In this document: positions 12,405 to 30,100 of the stretch, piece after piece | Layout of the letters: each line of letters begins with the position of its first letter | How positions within the stretch are numbered: the stretch's first letter is position 1 | Assembly: GCA_002269645.1 (NCBI GenBank) | Contig: NIVC01000382.1 | Location: 558,001-622,000 of the forward strand | Source: Macrostomum lignano | Lineage: Eukaryota | Length of the DNA stretch: 64,000 nt | Direction of reading: 5' to 3' | Notes under the pieces: model-generated | Databases searched by the model: none | What the model saw: only the letters and a program-made list of their open reading frames with translations | Told to the model about the DNA's origin: nothing | Position numbers and translations under genes: made by a program

Positions 12405-13365
12405 AAAGCTTAAGATCTTTGGAGGCTGCTCCGAGTCTGAGGTTTCAGCTCGGTTACTAGTTTCGTTATAAATAGTAACATGATTCATAGTTTAGCTTTT
12501 TATGTGCGTGTTTGCATTTCTCTACTTACAGTAGCATTTTATGAATGAATGATACTCTACACGAGCAAAACTTTTATAAAACTTTTCAGCAAGACAACAG
12601 ACAAGGTTTTATATAAACTAGCAAAAACTAAGGTTCGATTCATCATTAAGTACATTTTAACTTAAATATATCTGTCGTTCAGGAACTTTTCTGTAGTTGT
12701 CTAACTCCTTAGCATCAGGACAGATGCAATTGTGCCTCCATTCCATGGGTTATCATTCTTGATTTTTCATAGCTTCAAAAAGCAGTTCTAAAAGCAAGCG
12801 TATCTTTTTCTAAGCTCTTAAATTTTATCAGATGTAATTTAATTGATGGGCTAAGAACTCACCTGTGGATGCAAACGTTTTAAGTTCTGTTCACTTAACT
12901 ATGTACAAACATAAATACTCGCATCTGTAAGTTTCCTACTCACAACAAGCGTTTCAAGCAAGTTTCATTTCTCACTACTCGTCAGTAAGCGACGTCACAC
13001 ATGTAAACATTTAACTTTTAAATAGCTAAAAAGCGCGTCACCAAACCCTAAATAAAAATAACTGAAATACTGGAATTTCCTCCTGTATTTTTTTGATCAA
13101 AACAATTGTTATCGCAATAGACTACGCAGCAGCTGCCCATGCAGCCTTTATTAATTAGTCAAATTCTATCCGACCCTGGCTTTGCTAGTCTGCATGGCGA
13201 CCCTCGATGAGTTTTCAGCAGGCTAATTAAAATAGCTGTTTCTCATTACTCAAAACTGTTTGGAGTGAGTCTGTAGGGGATTGAAGAGGACTAAAATGCA
13301 GCCCCTGAGTCAGTTCCCAGTTTGGGTGTTTCGTTCTTAGATTGTTCAAAACTCTTCAAAACACT

Positions 13366-14757
13366 ATGCCAGGCTGCCTCTTGTATCGTCTGCTCCTGCT
13401 GGTAGCCTTCGCCGCAGTGAACCAAGCCAACGATTGTCAGAGCAGGCGCACCTTCAGCCTCGCCAACGCAAGCAGTTTGGTCGCACCGCTGCCCTACCAT
13501 ACGATTCCAGCTGCTACCGACCCGCTCCGATGCTCAATGCAATGTCGCTCCAGACCCGATCTGTGCTTTGGCTTCTACTATCAAGCTGACAAAGCGACTT
13601 GTTCACTTTTTAATGCGTCATTATTCTTCCGACGGAAAGACTGGATAAATATTTTCACACCTGGGAACATTTACTCCAGCATCTTCGGTGGTAAGCGCGT
13701 ACTCGTATAGCTTCACAGCCACTTCGTCCCCGAACAGTGTTTGAATCAATTTTAGACTCTTTTAGTCCCAGTAAAAATCATTGAATTTTTCTACTCTCAA
13801 ATTCGCTAATTTTTATTTTAACCAACTCCCATTCCGTGTCAGATGAAACAATCCAGCTGCCCATATCCGGGTGTGAGCAGAGCTCCACAGCCAGCGGAGC
13901 AGTGTGCTCCCGGGCCATCGACGGCAATCTCAATCAGCAATTCGCCAGCAACTCCTGCACCCTGACTGCTTACTTAATGGGCGATAAGGACTGGTGGGAG
14001 GCCTCCCTGGCTCAGGTGTCGCGCATCACGCTAATCCGAGTTCAAAACCGGCAGGACTGCTGCGGCGAACGGCTGAACAAATTCACCGTACTGGTGGACG
14101 GCGAGGAGTGCGCCAGAGTTGACAACACCGTTACGTTCGCCTACCAGATATTGAACTGTCAGGTGAGAGAGGAATTACACTGTATGACGAAACGTTCATG
14201 CATATTCAGCGTAAAGTAGACTTTGTCCTTCCAGGCTATAGCTCGGTTTCATCGTTGCGTATGTGGCATCCCGATATTTTGAAATCCATGCTGGTTTCAC
14301 AGTAACTTTTGTTTTACCTCGTGTGGTATCAAAAATCAACAATGATCAGGTATCTTTGACGATAAAATGAGTCGAAGAAACACTTAGTGGCAGGGAACCT
14401 ATGGACTGAGTCATAAATTCGGACTACAGTCGGCCCAAATCCAGTGATTCGGCAAGACGTAGTTATTCCTATTTAGTTTACGTACGCAGACGCACAGGCA
14501 TGTACGCACTGTAGTTTGAGAGTCGAACCCACTGACTTTAGTCGGATTTGCAACCACTCCATAGGGCATAATCATTTCAGCACAGCCACTGGATCAATAA
14601 ACTATATCAAACCATTCGCCACTGAATCCGTAGCCACAAGTCGCCTAATTTAATAGCAATTTTTCAGGCCGTCGGTAGCCGAGTTCGAATCGCAAGTAGG
14701 CGGCCCGAGCCGTTCAGCCTGTGCGAGTTCCTCGCCTATGGACACGCGCTAGTTTGA
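13366..14757 (+). CDS. Secreted PAN/apple + F-type lectin protein, paralog B (244 aa, open frame)
   Basis: Exons 13366-13690, 13843-14162 and 14668-14757 with consistent GT-AG phases. Signal peptide, PAN RCSMQCRSRPDLCFGF..TC, FTP domain RAIDG..WWEA..NRQDCCGERL..LCEF. Confidence 0.9.
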
Positions 14758-14841
14758 GAAAATGCGGCAAGTAGAAAACTCTCCATTTCGCTGATGTATT
14801 TGCAGCTTTGTGTGTTTAGAGGTACATCGTTGCATGATTAT

Positions 14842-15516
14842 GATGTACCGATGTTTGTTTGATTTACCGATGTTTATTTTATGTACCGATGCTTATTTTA
14901 TGTACCGATGTTCATTGATGTACCGATGTTTATTGATGTACCGATGTTCATTGATGTACCGATGTTTATTGATGTACCGATGTTCATTGATGTACCGATG
15001 TTTATTGATGTACCGATGTTCATTGATGTACCGATGTTTATTTTGTGCTCCGATATTTATTTTGTGCTCCGATATTTAGTTGATGTACCGATGTTTATTT
15101 TATGTAACGATGTTTAATGATGTACCGATGTTTATTGATGTACCGATGTTTATTGATGTACCGATGTTTATTAATCTATCGATGTTTATTGATCTACCGA
15201 TGTTTACTTTATGTACCGATGTTTATTGATGTACCGATGTTTACTTAATGTACCGATGTTTATTGATGTACCGATGTTTATTGATGTACCGATGTTTACT
15301 TTATGTACCGATGTTTATTGATGTACCGATGTTTACTTTATGTACCGATGTTTATTGATGTACCGATGTTTATTGATGTACCGATGTTTATTGATGTACC
15401 GATGTTTATTGATGTACCGATGTTTAATGATGTACCGATGTTTAATGATGTACCGATGTTTATTGATGTACCGATGTTTATTGATGTACCGACGTTTGTT
15501 TGATGCACCGATGTTT
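14842..15516. repeat. Minisatellite, 18-bp unit GATGTACCGATGTTTATT
   Basis: Direct reading, about 37 copies. Confidence 0.95.
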
Positions 15517-16381
15517 AGTTCGAATAATCATCTCTAATTTTTAATCATTTTGCAATAAAAATTCCTTCTAAACAATAAAGAATTTTCGTTTGAATATTTT
15601 CCTCAGATCTATCATACATCTAAGTATCGTATATGTTTCTTATAGATATTTTCACAAGACGGTTTAGACATCGTTTTAGTTTGAATTCCAACGAACAGGC
15701 TGCAAATTTTGCGTATATTTGGGAACTGTTTTAAGTTAAAATTTAGTCATAGTTCATTATTGCCCATTACCTCCGTATCGTTTCTTTTGATCTATTCCGA
15801 CAGTTATACAGCACGCGACACAACTGATTTTATGCTATTTGCGCTCCGCACGACTTAAAGCACCAATGTTAACAAATGAGTATAAAAATAAAAATAAATG
15901 TAATATTATAAGTTTTTTTTAATTAAACAGCTGCAAAATTGCTCAAATAAAATTGCTTGCTGCAATTAATTTTGAAAGTAACTATATAAAGGAGCAGAAT
16001 TTGAAGACAACATTGTTAAACATTGATAAATCATCTACTAAATTATCCACCGCTTTCAATCCGTTCAACTTCACAATATTTCTGCTGTCGGAGGTTCGAA
16101 TCCCCAACTTGGCTTGGCTTGGGATAGTCCCCCGCTTCAATTACATTGGCTGATTTCTTCAACGAAGACGATTTAAAAAGGAAGATCAAGTGATTTTTTT
16201 AAATCGTCATTTTTACATATCAGGCATGGAATTGCAATTGTTACTCGCTGGCCGGCTGTGTAAAGAAATGAATATTGCACATATGCTGTTGGTTTAGACT
16301 AAATGATAGTTCGTTAAAAAGCACAAGAACTTTCTGGAGGGCCTGATACTTGTTTGGTCAAACATAAGCACACATTTTTAA

Positions 16382-16618
16382 AGGGGGTTGTAGCAGTCGT
16401 GACAGTCGTTAGAGTGTCACGAATGCAAGGTCGAGGGTTCGATTCTCGACCAACTCGGAACAAATTATGTCCTTGAGCAAGACACTTAACTCTGCATTGC
16501 TTCAGTTCACACCAGCTGTAATTGAAGGTGCGTGTGGCGACCCCCAGTCCCTGGACTGAACAGCCGTACGCAGCCTTCAGACGCAATAGCTGCGGCTGAG
16601 CTGTCGGTTGCACATCCC
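16382..16618 (+). mobile_element. CORE-like SINE copy (internal deletion)
   Basis: gggttcgattc B box, tgtccttgagcaagacacttaac core, and the shared 3' part gcaatagctgcggctgagctgtcggttgcacatc. Confidence 0.8.
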
Positions 16619-16803
16619 GAAGTATGCTTCCATTGAAGTTCTATTTTAGGAGCCCCATGGGTACATTCGGTAAATGCAGTTAACTTTAGTCTATGGTCCA
16701 TTACATATCGTTTCAACTGAAACTTTTTCCTAACAATTAACTTCAGTGCTATTTGGCCATCGCAGCTATATTTTACTAGGTGTTACAACAAGCAACAGTG
16801 ACT

Positions 16804-18042
16804 ATGGCATCGAGCAGAACAAGGTTTCTTAGCTGCCTGCTTCTATCCGTGCTGGTCCTGCTGACTTCCTTACCTGCGTCCGAAGGCTGCGCAAATCCAT
16901 TTAAAATAATAAAAGACAAGATTAAAGCTAAGTTTAAAAGCGTCACTGGTGAGTAGATGAAGCTTAATACTATTTGCTTTGCATATGAAAGCACTTTTTG
17001 GGTTTGTAAAATGCTCTAAAAGGTTGTTAAGCATCAAATATGTTGTTACATCGGTGTTCTGCACTGTTGATGCATGTAGTACTGAACATTAGTAGTACTC
17101 CGAAAAAATCCGTCAATAATGTTAAGAAATGTTAAGAAATCACCATGTCGATGGAAGATAAATCTCATAAAGAATTCGCCTTTGCTCATTGACCTTTTTG
17201 GTTGGGTCAACCCCCCCCCCCAGTCTGGAATTTATCAACACAATCTTAAATGGGTCTCTATACCTCTATTCAAGTTTATGTCGATAAAATCAACCCCCCC
17301 ATGAAGAATCTCTCCACCATAAAACCCCCATGACTCAGTGGTTGGTTTTAAGCTACATACTTAGATTGAAGCTATCAAAAAATGAAGCTCAAATTTGAAA
17401 GCAACACCATCCGAAACCCGTATTGAGACAAAATTATGATCCTATCAAAACTGCAACTAATTTATCAGCATAAACTTGAAGAAATCCGATTCATAAGTCT
17501 AAGGAGTCTTGCATTTTTTCTTGACTCGTAGACAAGAATCAGGACTAGTCGATGAACTATAACTGGTTTGCACTCAATCAGAACATTTTTAACGACTCTC
17601 TGGTATGTTCAACGCTGACTTGGTTGATCAAGTAGCTGTCCCAAATCAAAGCCGACAGGGTTGGTTGTCGGTCTTCGTGCACGAATCTCACTGAGACAAA
17701 CCCTGTTAACTTGACCACAAAGCATCTTATACAATCTCGCACACAGGTGATAAGGCGCCAGCGTCCTACCTGAAGGGCTGCTTCATTGACAACAGCGATA
17801 TGCGAGACTTGCCCACCTTCGCTGGCTACGACGAAAAAATGGACGTTGGCCTTTGCGCCCAGAGGTGCCAAAAGTGGAAAAAGAAATACCTCGGCCTGCA
17901 GGAGGGCAGCTCTTGCTGGTGCGGCAATTCATTCGGAGCTCACGGCGAATCCGCCGACAGCTGCCAGACGCGTTGCCTGGGCAACGATGACGAGATGTGC
18001 GGCGGCAAGTTGTTCAACTCCGTGTACGAGCTGCAGGAGTAG
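16804..18042 (+). CDS. Small secreted WSC-domain protein with a Lys-rich amphipathic N-terminal peptide (146 aa)
   Basis: Exon 1 16804-16948 (MASSRTRFLSCLLLSVLVLLTSLPASEG-CANPFKIIKDKIKAKFKSVT; donor G|gtgagt). Exon 2 17747-18042 (acceptor cacag|), phase 1. WSC pattern YLKGCF.D..CAQRC..YLGLQEGSSCWCG..C..RC.G..EMCGG..NSVY. Confidence 0.88.
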
Positions 18043-18640
18043 CAGCGGCACCCGGATGTCGATTACCTGAAACTCTTCCGCATACTGTCACAGCTTTAAA
18101 AAGTGACAAAGTGCATTGTTGCCAGGAAGCAACTTAGCAGGTCCTTTAGGCACTTTTATAGTATCCTACCTGGAGACTAATTATGGGCTTAAGCTGGTAG
18201 TTCATATCGACTGCACGTCGCTAACTGAGCGCCTCACTATTTGAAGCTGCGCCTCTACATGTACGTGATAGTGAGTCAAAGAAATATAGATAAAGATAGA
18301 ACTGATAACCTTATGTATCTTTACTAGCTTTTACTTTGTTTTATACACTGAGCTGAGGCCCTAAGTAAAAAGTTTAACCTACCAAAAGTCTAGCTTAAAA
18401 CTTAAACTATCTGGCTGCGCAATGTTTATTTATATTTGCATACTTACATGTAATAGCTTGTTCGTACACACTACTCTACCAACCAAAGCTCCATTTAATT
18501 TGTTATTTCGCGATCACTTACACAATTTACGTAAATAAAATAAAAACTAATGAAGCATTGGGTGTTTTATTTTAGCTTTCAATCGTAATCGTTTGACATA
18601 GAAAATTACCCAAACTAAACAAAATAATTAACTCATCGTC

Positions 18641-18850
18641 TCAATGCCTGCATATGCACTCAAAATGTGCCGTCACTCGTCGTGGCATCATCATGATCAA
18701 CAGCTGGTTGATGGACTCTTGGAGCAGCTTCAGCTTCTGGCATTCAGAACCGCCTGTCGCGACTGCACCCTGCTGAACTCTTTGCTTTATGAAGCTGCAG
18801 ACACGCTCGATGGGGTTCATGTCTGGAGAGACTTTGACGGCCTGTTTAAT
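18641..18850 (-). mobile_element. Tc1-family transposase C-terminal fragment
   Basis: SPDMNPIERVCSFIKQRV..QESINQLLIMMMPRRV matches the SPDLNPIE..INKLIDSMPRR pattern of Tc1. Confidence 0.75.
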
Positions 18851-19094
18851 GTGCGGAATCACCGATGGCATGTGCAAAACTTTTGGTCCATGTGGCAATG
18901 TGGGCAAGGGGGAGGAGGTTAGCTGTTGCACTCTCTATGTTCCGAACCTCTAGAGGTAACAAAAATGAGGATGTTGAGCTGATCTTCCATTTAAAGACGA
19001 TTTGTGAAATCAGTCAGAATAAATTTTATGTAGGGAACTGCTGTAAGGCTGTTGTCGTCGTACGAGTATATCAAAAGAGCTGCTGGGCCTACTG

Positions 19095-19266
19095 ATGAAG
19101 CATCTTGGAGCGAGGATGGGACTGAAGTCGCTCAGCTGGAGGCGGCACAAGCGAACTCACAGCTTTCCTGAGCAGTCGCTGCTCACAAGCCACTTGACTG
19201 AGTCGATCGATACCGTGGCATCGGCCGGACCCGAGCTGGCAGTTCTCCAACCTGTCGGGCAGGCAG
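19095..19266 (+). CDS. Candidate first coding exon of the GRAM-domain gene
   Basis: MKHLGARMGLKSLSWRRHKRTHSFPEQ..GQA followed by the donor G|gtaggg. I could not unambiguously join it to the downstream exons. Confidence 0.35.
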
Positions 19267-20092
19267 GTAGGGTGAATTTTTGTCGATCTAAGCCCAGTTC
19301 ACGTTCCCTGTTAGTAGGTGAACAATCCAACGCTTGGTGAATTCAAAGAAAACTTGGAGAAACTTGAAAAACCTTAAACGGTTTTAAACAGTTTTAAATG
19401 ACTTTACAAGTATTTGAGCAACTGCGAATCATATGTATCCTTTTGGCGTTAGAAAAGAATTAATTTTACCTCTTGGACATGTTAGACATGAGAATTCACT
19501 TTTAGACATAAGCATAACTGTTAGACAAAAGAGACATTTTATTTCAAAGCGACAAGTTCACTTGCAAAAAAATAATGGCAGTACTGATTCAACAATGGCC
19601 TAGAATCAAGATAAATTAGATTAAACCAAATGCTGAAACACCAACGACAGAGGGCTGCGGAAATCCTCGCCCAACGCCTTCACAATCGCCTTCTTCGCAT
19701 AGAACCAGCCCAGAAGCCGTTGCGCAAGACTCAGACCCGTTTACCGCGAGCTGCTTTGCGCCCTGTACATAATTTGTACTTTTACTGTAGTAAAAGGAAA
19801 CGACAGGGTATTAAAATGAAACCTAATCTACCCTCAAGCATGTCGAAGTTGTAAAACTTTTACGAGCGTAGGATGTGGTAGTTTATGGATGTGGTGTTTC
19901 AAGTGCAAGCAAAACAACTTTATACGCTCATACTTCAGAGTATTAGAGTCAGTTTTCATATTTATTTGCAGGCATGCAACAGACTAGCTGAGTGGTGACA
20001 TCTTCTGACGCTTGTGTAGCCAATTAACTTGGGTTCGATTCCACATCCAATTGGGTGTTTTTGTTACATAATAACAATAATAATAAAGTAAT

Positions 20093-20274
20093 TGATTACA
20101 CCTTCCCTAATGGGCAGATGTGCAACCGACAGCTCAGCCGCAGCTATTGCGCGGCGCATCTGAAGGCTGCGTACGGCTGTTCAGTCCAAGGACTGGGGGG
20201 TCGCCACACACCCTTAATTACCTCAGCTGATGCTGGCACCCATTTTACAGCTGGGTGAACTGAAGCAATGCAGA
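20093..20274 (-). mobile_element. 5'-truncated CORE-like SINE copy
   Basis: Near-identical to the 3' half of 9344-9677. Confidence 0.85.
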
Positions 20275-20572
20275 GAATTACGTGTTGTTGTAGAAAGAAA
20301 CGAACCTGTTTCTAGAAGTACTCGTAGCCTCAAAATCTGTTAAAGTTTTGAGTACGAGCCTAATAGTTGGCAAAAATCGCACTCACTCAGTGTGTCCATA
20401 ATCTATTCTTAGTGCTCTTGCTGCCAATTGGCTGCGTTAAGGTTGTTGTCTATCCCGCGTGGCAACTCAGCCTTAACAGATCCCCTGACGATATTTATAT
20501 TTGGAGACCCATGGAGCTGACAATAATTTGGTTAATTGTGAACACAGTGCTGATTCTGACTCACCCACCGCA

Positions 20573-25581
<5,009 letters not shown>

Positions 25582-27178
25582 AGCTAGGAACTCTGTGTCC
25601 GAGTTTTGATATTACTAATTAATTGTCTGTCTCAAAGATCGAGATCTGTTGTCGTATTTAAGTCATATTCGTTTTTGCCCAGATAATAAAAAAATTTAAA
25701 AAATCTTACTGTTTCTGTTTTTAATTCTCTTCAAGTTATTAGACGAAATCAGTATACGTGCACATTATATCCACGAATCAAGTTCAAAATTTAAGTGTAG
25801 CTTCATAGAAACCTCCGATTTTGTTTGATATACAAATACAATAATTGCAGCGAGTTTTCAATAAAAATAATCATGGAGGGACCAATATTGACTCATGGTT
25901 TTTGCAGTATAGATTTTCTGAAATCGATCCCATACCTGTAGATAGATACCTACCGAAAAACCATTTTGATTATATGGATTGTTACTGCTACGAAGTCGAA
26001 GGTAGATTCAATCTAATAATTTTCGGTGAAGAAAGTCTCTGGCCTGCCCAAGTCTCGTTGTGCATGAACACGTACACTACAGTTATCGAAGTAAATATAA
26101 TGGCCAGCTAGCAGGGCTAATATCACTTGAGTTAAAGAATAAATATTTTGATATCTCGTCTCTGAAGATCAGAGTAACCTTGGAGCTGCAAAGTATAAAA
26201 ACTTAATGCTTCGGTTTGATATAAACCTCGAGTAGTGTGCATTATCATTTTAAGTTGTAATAAGATTTTTATTGAAATAAAAGTAAAAAAGTAAAAATTC
26301 ATAACTTCTAAATGTTTGTTAAATTTTTATGTAGTTTGTTTTGGTTATTATTTTCACTTTTTATTGTTTTACTGCATGATGTTTACATCAGAGGCACGAA
26401 GTGTATTTTTAATTCTTACATTTTTGATTAAATCTTGAAGAAAAATATCAGTTTATAATATTAGATCATATGATCCATCAGTAATCACTAATCAATTCCA
26501 GTACAGTGCAATATTACAATAATTTTTAGTAACCTGTCTGCCCGTCAGTCAAACAGTCAGGTAAACAGTCAAGCAAAATTTTACAGTTTTGCTGATGTGA
26601 GGAACCATTTGACTATCACTTCAGGAGTTAATAGCGAATGTATAATGCAGTTATGTTTCTGTTTTCTGCAATCTGCAGCACGCTGTCTTAATATTAAATG
26701 AAAGCTTGAAATTGAATTAAGGAAAGAAAACTTAAATATAGTAACTATAGTCGATAACTGATAACAAATTAAATAAATGCATGGAAGTATTTAATGATTT
26801 AACTTTCCAATGCATAAACTATATTTTTAAATATACACTAGTCTAAAATATCTGGAGTATATCAAATAAAAGTTTATAGAATTATCAGAATTCCTTCAGG
26901 AGTTAATTAAAATGGGCTGTGTAATAATTTTAAGTGTAACAATATTTTTAAATATTTTCTATTTATATATTCTTTTGTAATTTAGTCATAAATAACAATG
27001 AAAAAATATTTCGAAATTTATTAATTAAGAGTACTTAATTTTAAATAGCTCTGAAGTATCAGGGATGCTTTTTATCCAAAAACATTATGCTAATGTTGCT
27101 AAAACATTGGAATGTGTTATGTTTAGAAATACCATTCATAAAAATTCCAGCTGCCAACATTCAGTATAAAGCAACAAG

Positions 27179-30100
27179 ATGATGGACATAAACTTTTCAA
27201 GATTGGACTATCTTCAGGTCGGCAATTTAAAAACTTTTTATGATTCATAGTAGTATATAAAATAGATTCCAACACATTGGAATACACTTTGTTTTTATTT
27301 TAGGTTGGAGTAACGACAAGGAATTGCATGAAACTTCTGCCACCAGGTTCTGATGGTCTTCAAAAAGTAAGATTGTTATCTTGCTTTCACTTTGGAAAAT
27401 CTATAGCAATGCATCTGACATAATAATAATAACAATTAATAACGACTTTTATTTGATGTATTCAGGTTTGCATTGGTGACAGAAACGGAGCTCTTAGCAT
27501 TTACTCACTAAAATCAAACGAGCCAAAGGTAAGGATTGAAGGAGTTACATTTTTAAATTAATTTCATACTATTAGTCAATTACCCACTCAATACAATAAA
27601 TGAGTAGTTCTGTAAAGAATTTTCATCTTTCATCACCATGTTCGTTTATAAATCTTCCCGCAAATAAACTTTAAAGTCGGTCTTCAGCCAGCCCCTGAGC
27701 AAACAAATCACCCGAGTTGATCTGGCCGGCAAGGATGGTCAGTCCCGGGATCGAATCTTTGTAGCCTCCGGCTCAGAGATCCGCGGATTCTCACGGAATG
27801 GCAAGCAATTCGTCCAGTTTGACACTAATATGACCGAGAATATTCGCTCAATGTAAGATTTTTATGTTTTTAATTGTCATTCTTTCTACTACTAGTAGAG
27901 TAGTTAGAGTATTACTAACGCAAAAAATCGCGCATTTTTATTTCAAGAGCAATCAGCAATCTGTCCGACCTATACGTGGCTGGAAATACCTCGTTTTCGC
28001 ACTTCAAGGACTTGAAAGATCAGGGCTATCTGCTCTGTCCTGAAGTGATCAATGATATCTTGGTCCTGCCGAGCACAAAACTTCCTGTTCTGGCTTGCAA
28101 AGATCGCAGCGTTAAAATTGTAGAGGTTGGTACAGCTGCAGCCTCGCATCGGTTTACGGGCTTGTGAATCAGATTTGAATATTTATTACCAATAAGATCT
28201 TTGTGACTCTATCTGCATTAAAAAATTGGTACATAAATATCGAAGAAACACAATGAGTTGATCCCCATTACAATACAAATCATGAAGATTTTATCCTCAT
28301 TCCAATTGTAATCATGAGGATTTGATCCCATTCCAATAGAAATCATGAGGATTTGATCCCATTCCAATAGAAATCATGAGGATTTGATCCCCATTCTAAT
28401 CGAAATCGTGAGGATTTGATCCCCATTCCAATAGAAAACATGAGGATTTGATTCCATTCCAATACAAATCATGAGGATTTGATCCAATTCCAATAGAAAT
28501 CATGAGGATTTGATTCCATTCCAATACAAATCATGAGGATTTGATCCCATTCCAATAGAAATCATGAGGATTTGATTCCATTCCAATAGAAATCATGAGG
28601 ATTTGATCCAATTCCAATACAAATCATGAGGATTTGATCCAATTCCAATAGAAATCATGAGGATTTGATCCCATTCCAATAGAAATCGTGAGGATTTGAT
28701 CCAATTCCAATAGAAATCATGAGGATTTGATTCCATTCCAATAGAAATCGTGAGGATTTGATCCCCATTCCAATACAAATCATTAGGATTTGATCCAATT
28801 CCAATAGAAATCATGAGGATTTGATCCAATTCCAATACAAATCATGAGGATTTGATCCCATTCCAATAGAAATCATGAGGATTTGATCCCATTCCAATAC
28901 AAATCATGAGGATTTGATCCAATTCCAATACAAATCATGAGGATTTGATCCAATTCCAATAGAAATCACGAGGATTTGATCCCATTCCATTTGAAATCAT
29001 GAGGATTTGATCCCATTCCAAAACAAATCATGAGGATTTGATCCCATTCCATTTGAAATCATGAGGATTTGATCCCATTCCAAAACAAATCATGAGGATT
29101 TGATCCCATTCCATTTGAAATCATGAGGATTTGATCCCATTCCAAAACAAATCATGAGGATTTGATCCCATTCCATTTGAAATCATGAGGATTTGATCCC
29201 ATTCCAAAACAAATCATGAGGATTTGATCCCATTCCATTTGAAATCATGAGTATTTGATCCCCATTCCAATACAAATCATGAGGATTTGATCCCCATTCC
29301 AATAGAAATCATGAGGATTTGATCCCATTCCAATAGAAATCATGAGGATTTGATCCCTATTGCTTGCTTCTGGTCTTGAATCGCAGTCTATCTGGTTCTC
29401 AGATCATTCGAAACGTCAAAATAGCAATCTTCTCCCCTCTCATCTCCTCCCTTATCTCACATGCTATCTCCTCATCCCTATTGCCGACTAAGTTTGCCGA
29501 CCCCTGCCCTCGCAGAACTGCCAGATCACACTGGAGGTGTCCCTACCCGGCTCTCCACTTGTCCTGGCTCTCTACAACAACAACGGCGGCGAGAATGGCG
29601 ACGAAATTCTATTTGGAACCGAAGACGGGTCCCTTGGTCTGCTGCGCCTCTGCGGCTCCGACCCCGAGCTCGAGTGGGTGTTCAACAGCGACCTGAGCTC
29701 GGCAGGAATCACCGCCATAGACAGCTACGACATCACCGGAGACGGCATGCTGGACCTGGTTGTTGCCAGGGAGGACGGCAGCGTGGAGATCTACGCCTAT
29801 GACATTCACGATAAACCTGTACTGCGCTGGTCCTACGTGAGTTGTACTAGTTTGCACTTTTTTAGGTCGTCATGGTGTACTTTGGGTAGAAGACTCGCGA
29901 CAAAAATCATTTAGATGAGCTTTTTTGATGCAAAATCGGAATTGGAGGATTGACAGCAGAAGAAACCTCTCAGCATCCTCCCCCTCGATAAACTCCTCTG
30001 AATCTGCACTTCCTTTGCCCCCTTAAGACCCTCCCTCGATGAATCTGTCACCTTTTAACAGAAATGCGCCAGCGCATATTGATTAGTGCTTATAGAAAAA

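Noticed and set aside
19180-19760. Minus-strand frame LGWFYAKKAIVKALGEDFRSPL resembling a phosphopantetheinyl transferase motif
   Set aside because: The catalytic Glu is absent, there is no start or convincing acceptor, and the plus strand gives a plausible exon over part of the region.
30025-30055. SLDESVT resembling the BBS7 exon 7 peptide
   Set aside because: It is very short and ends in a stop; the true exon is at 30343-30427.
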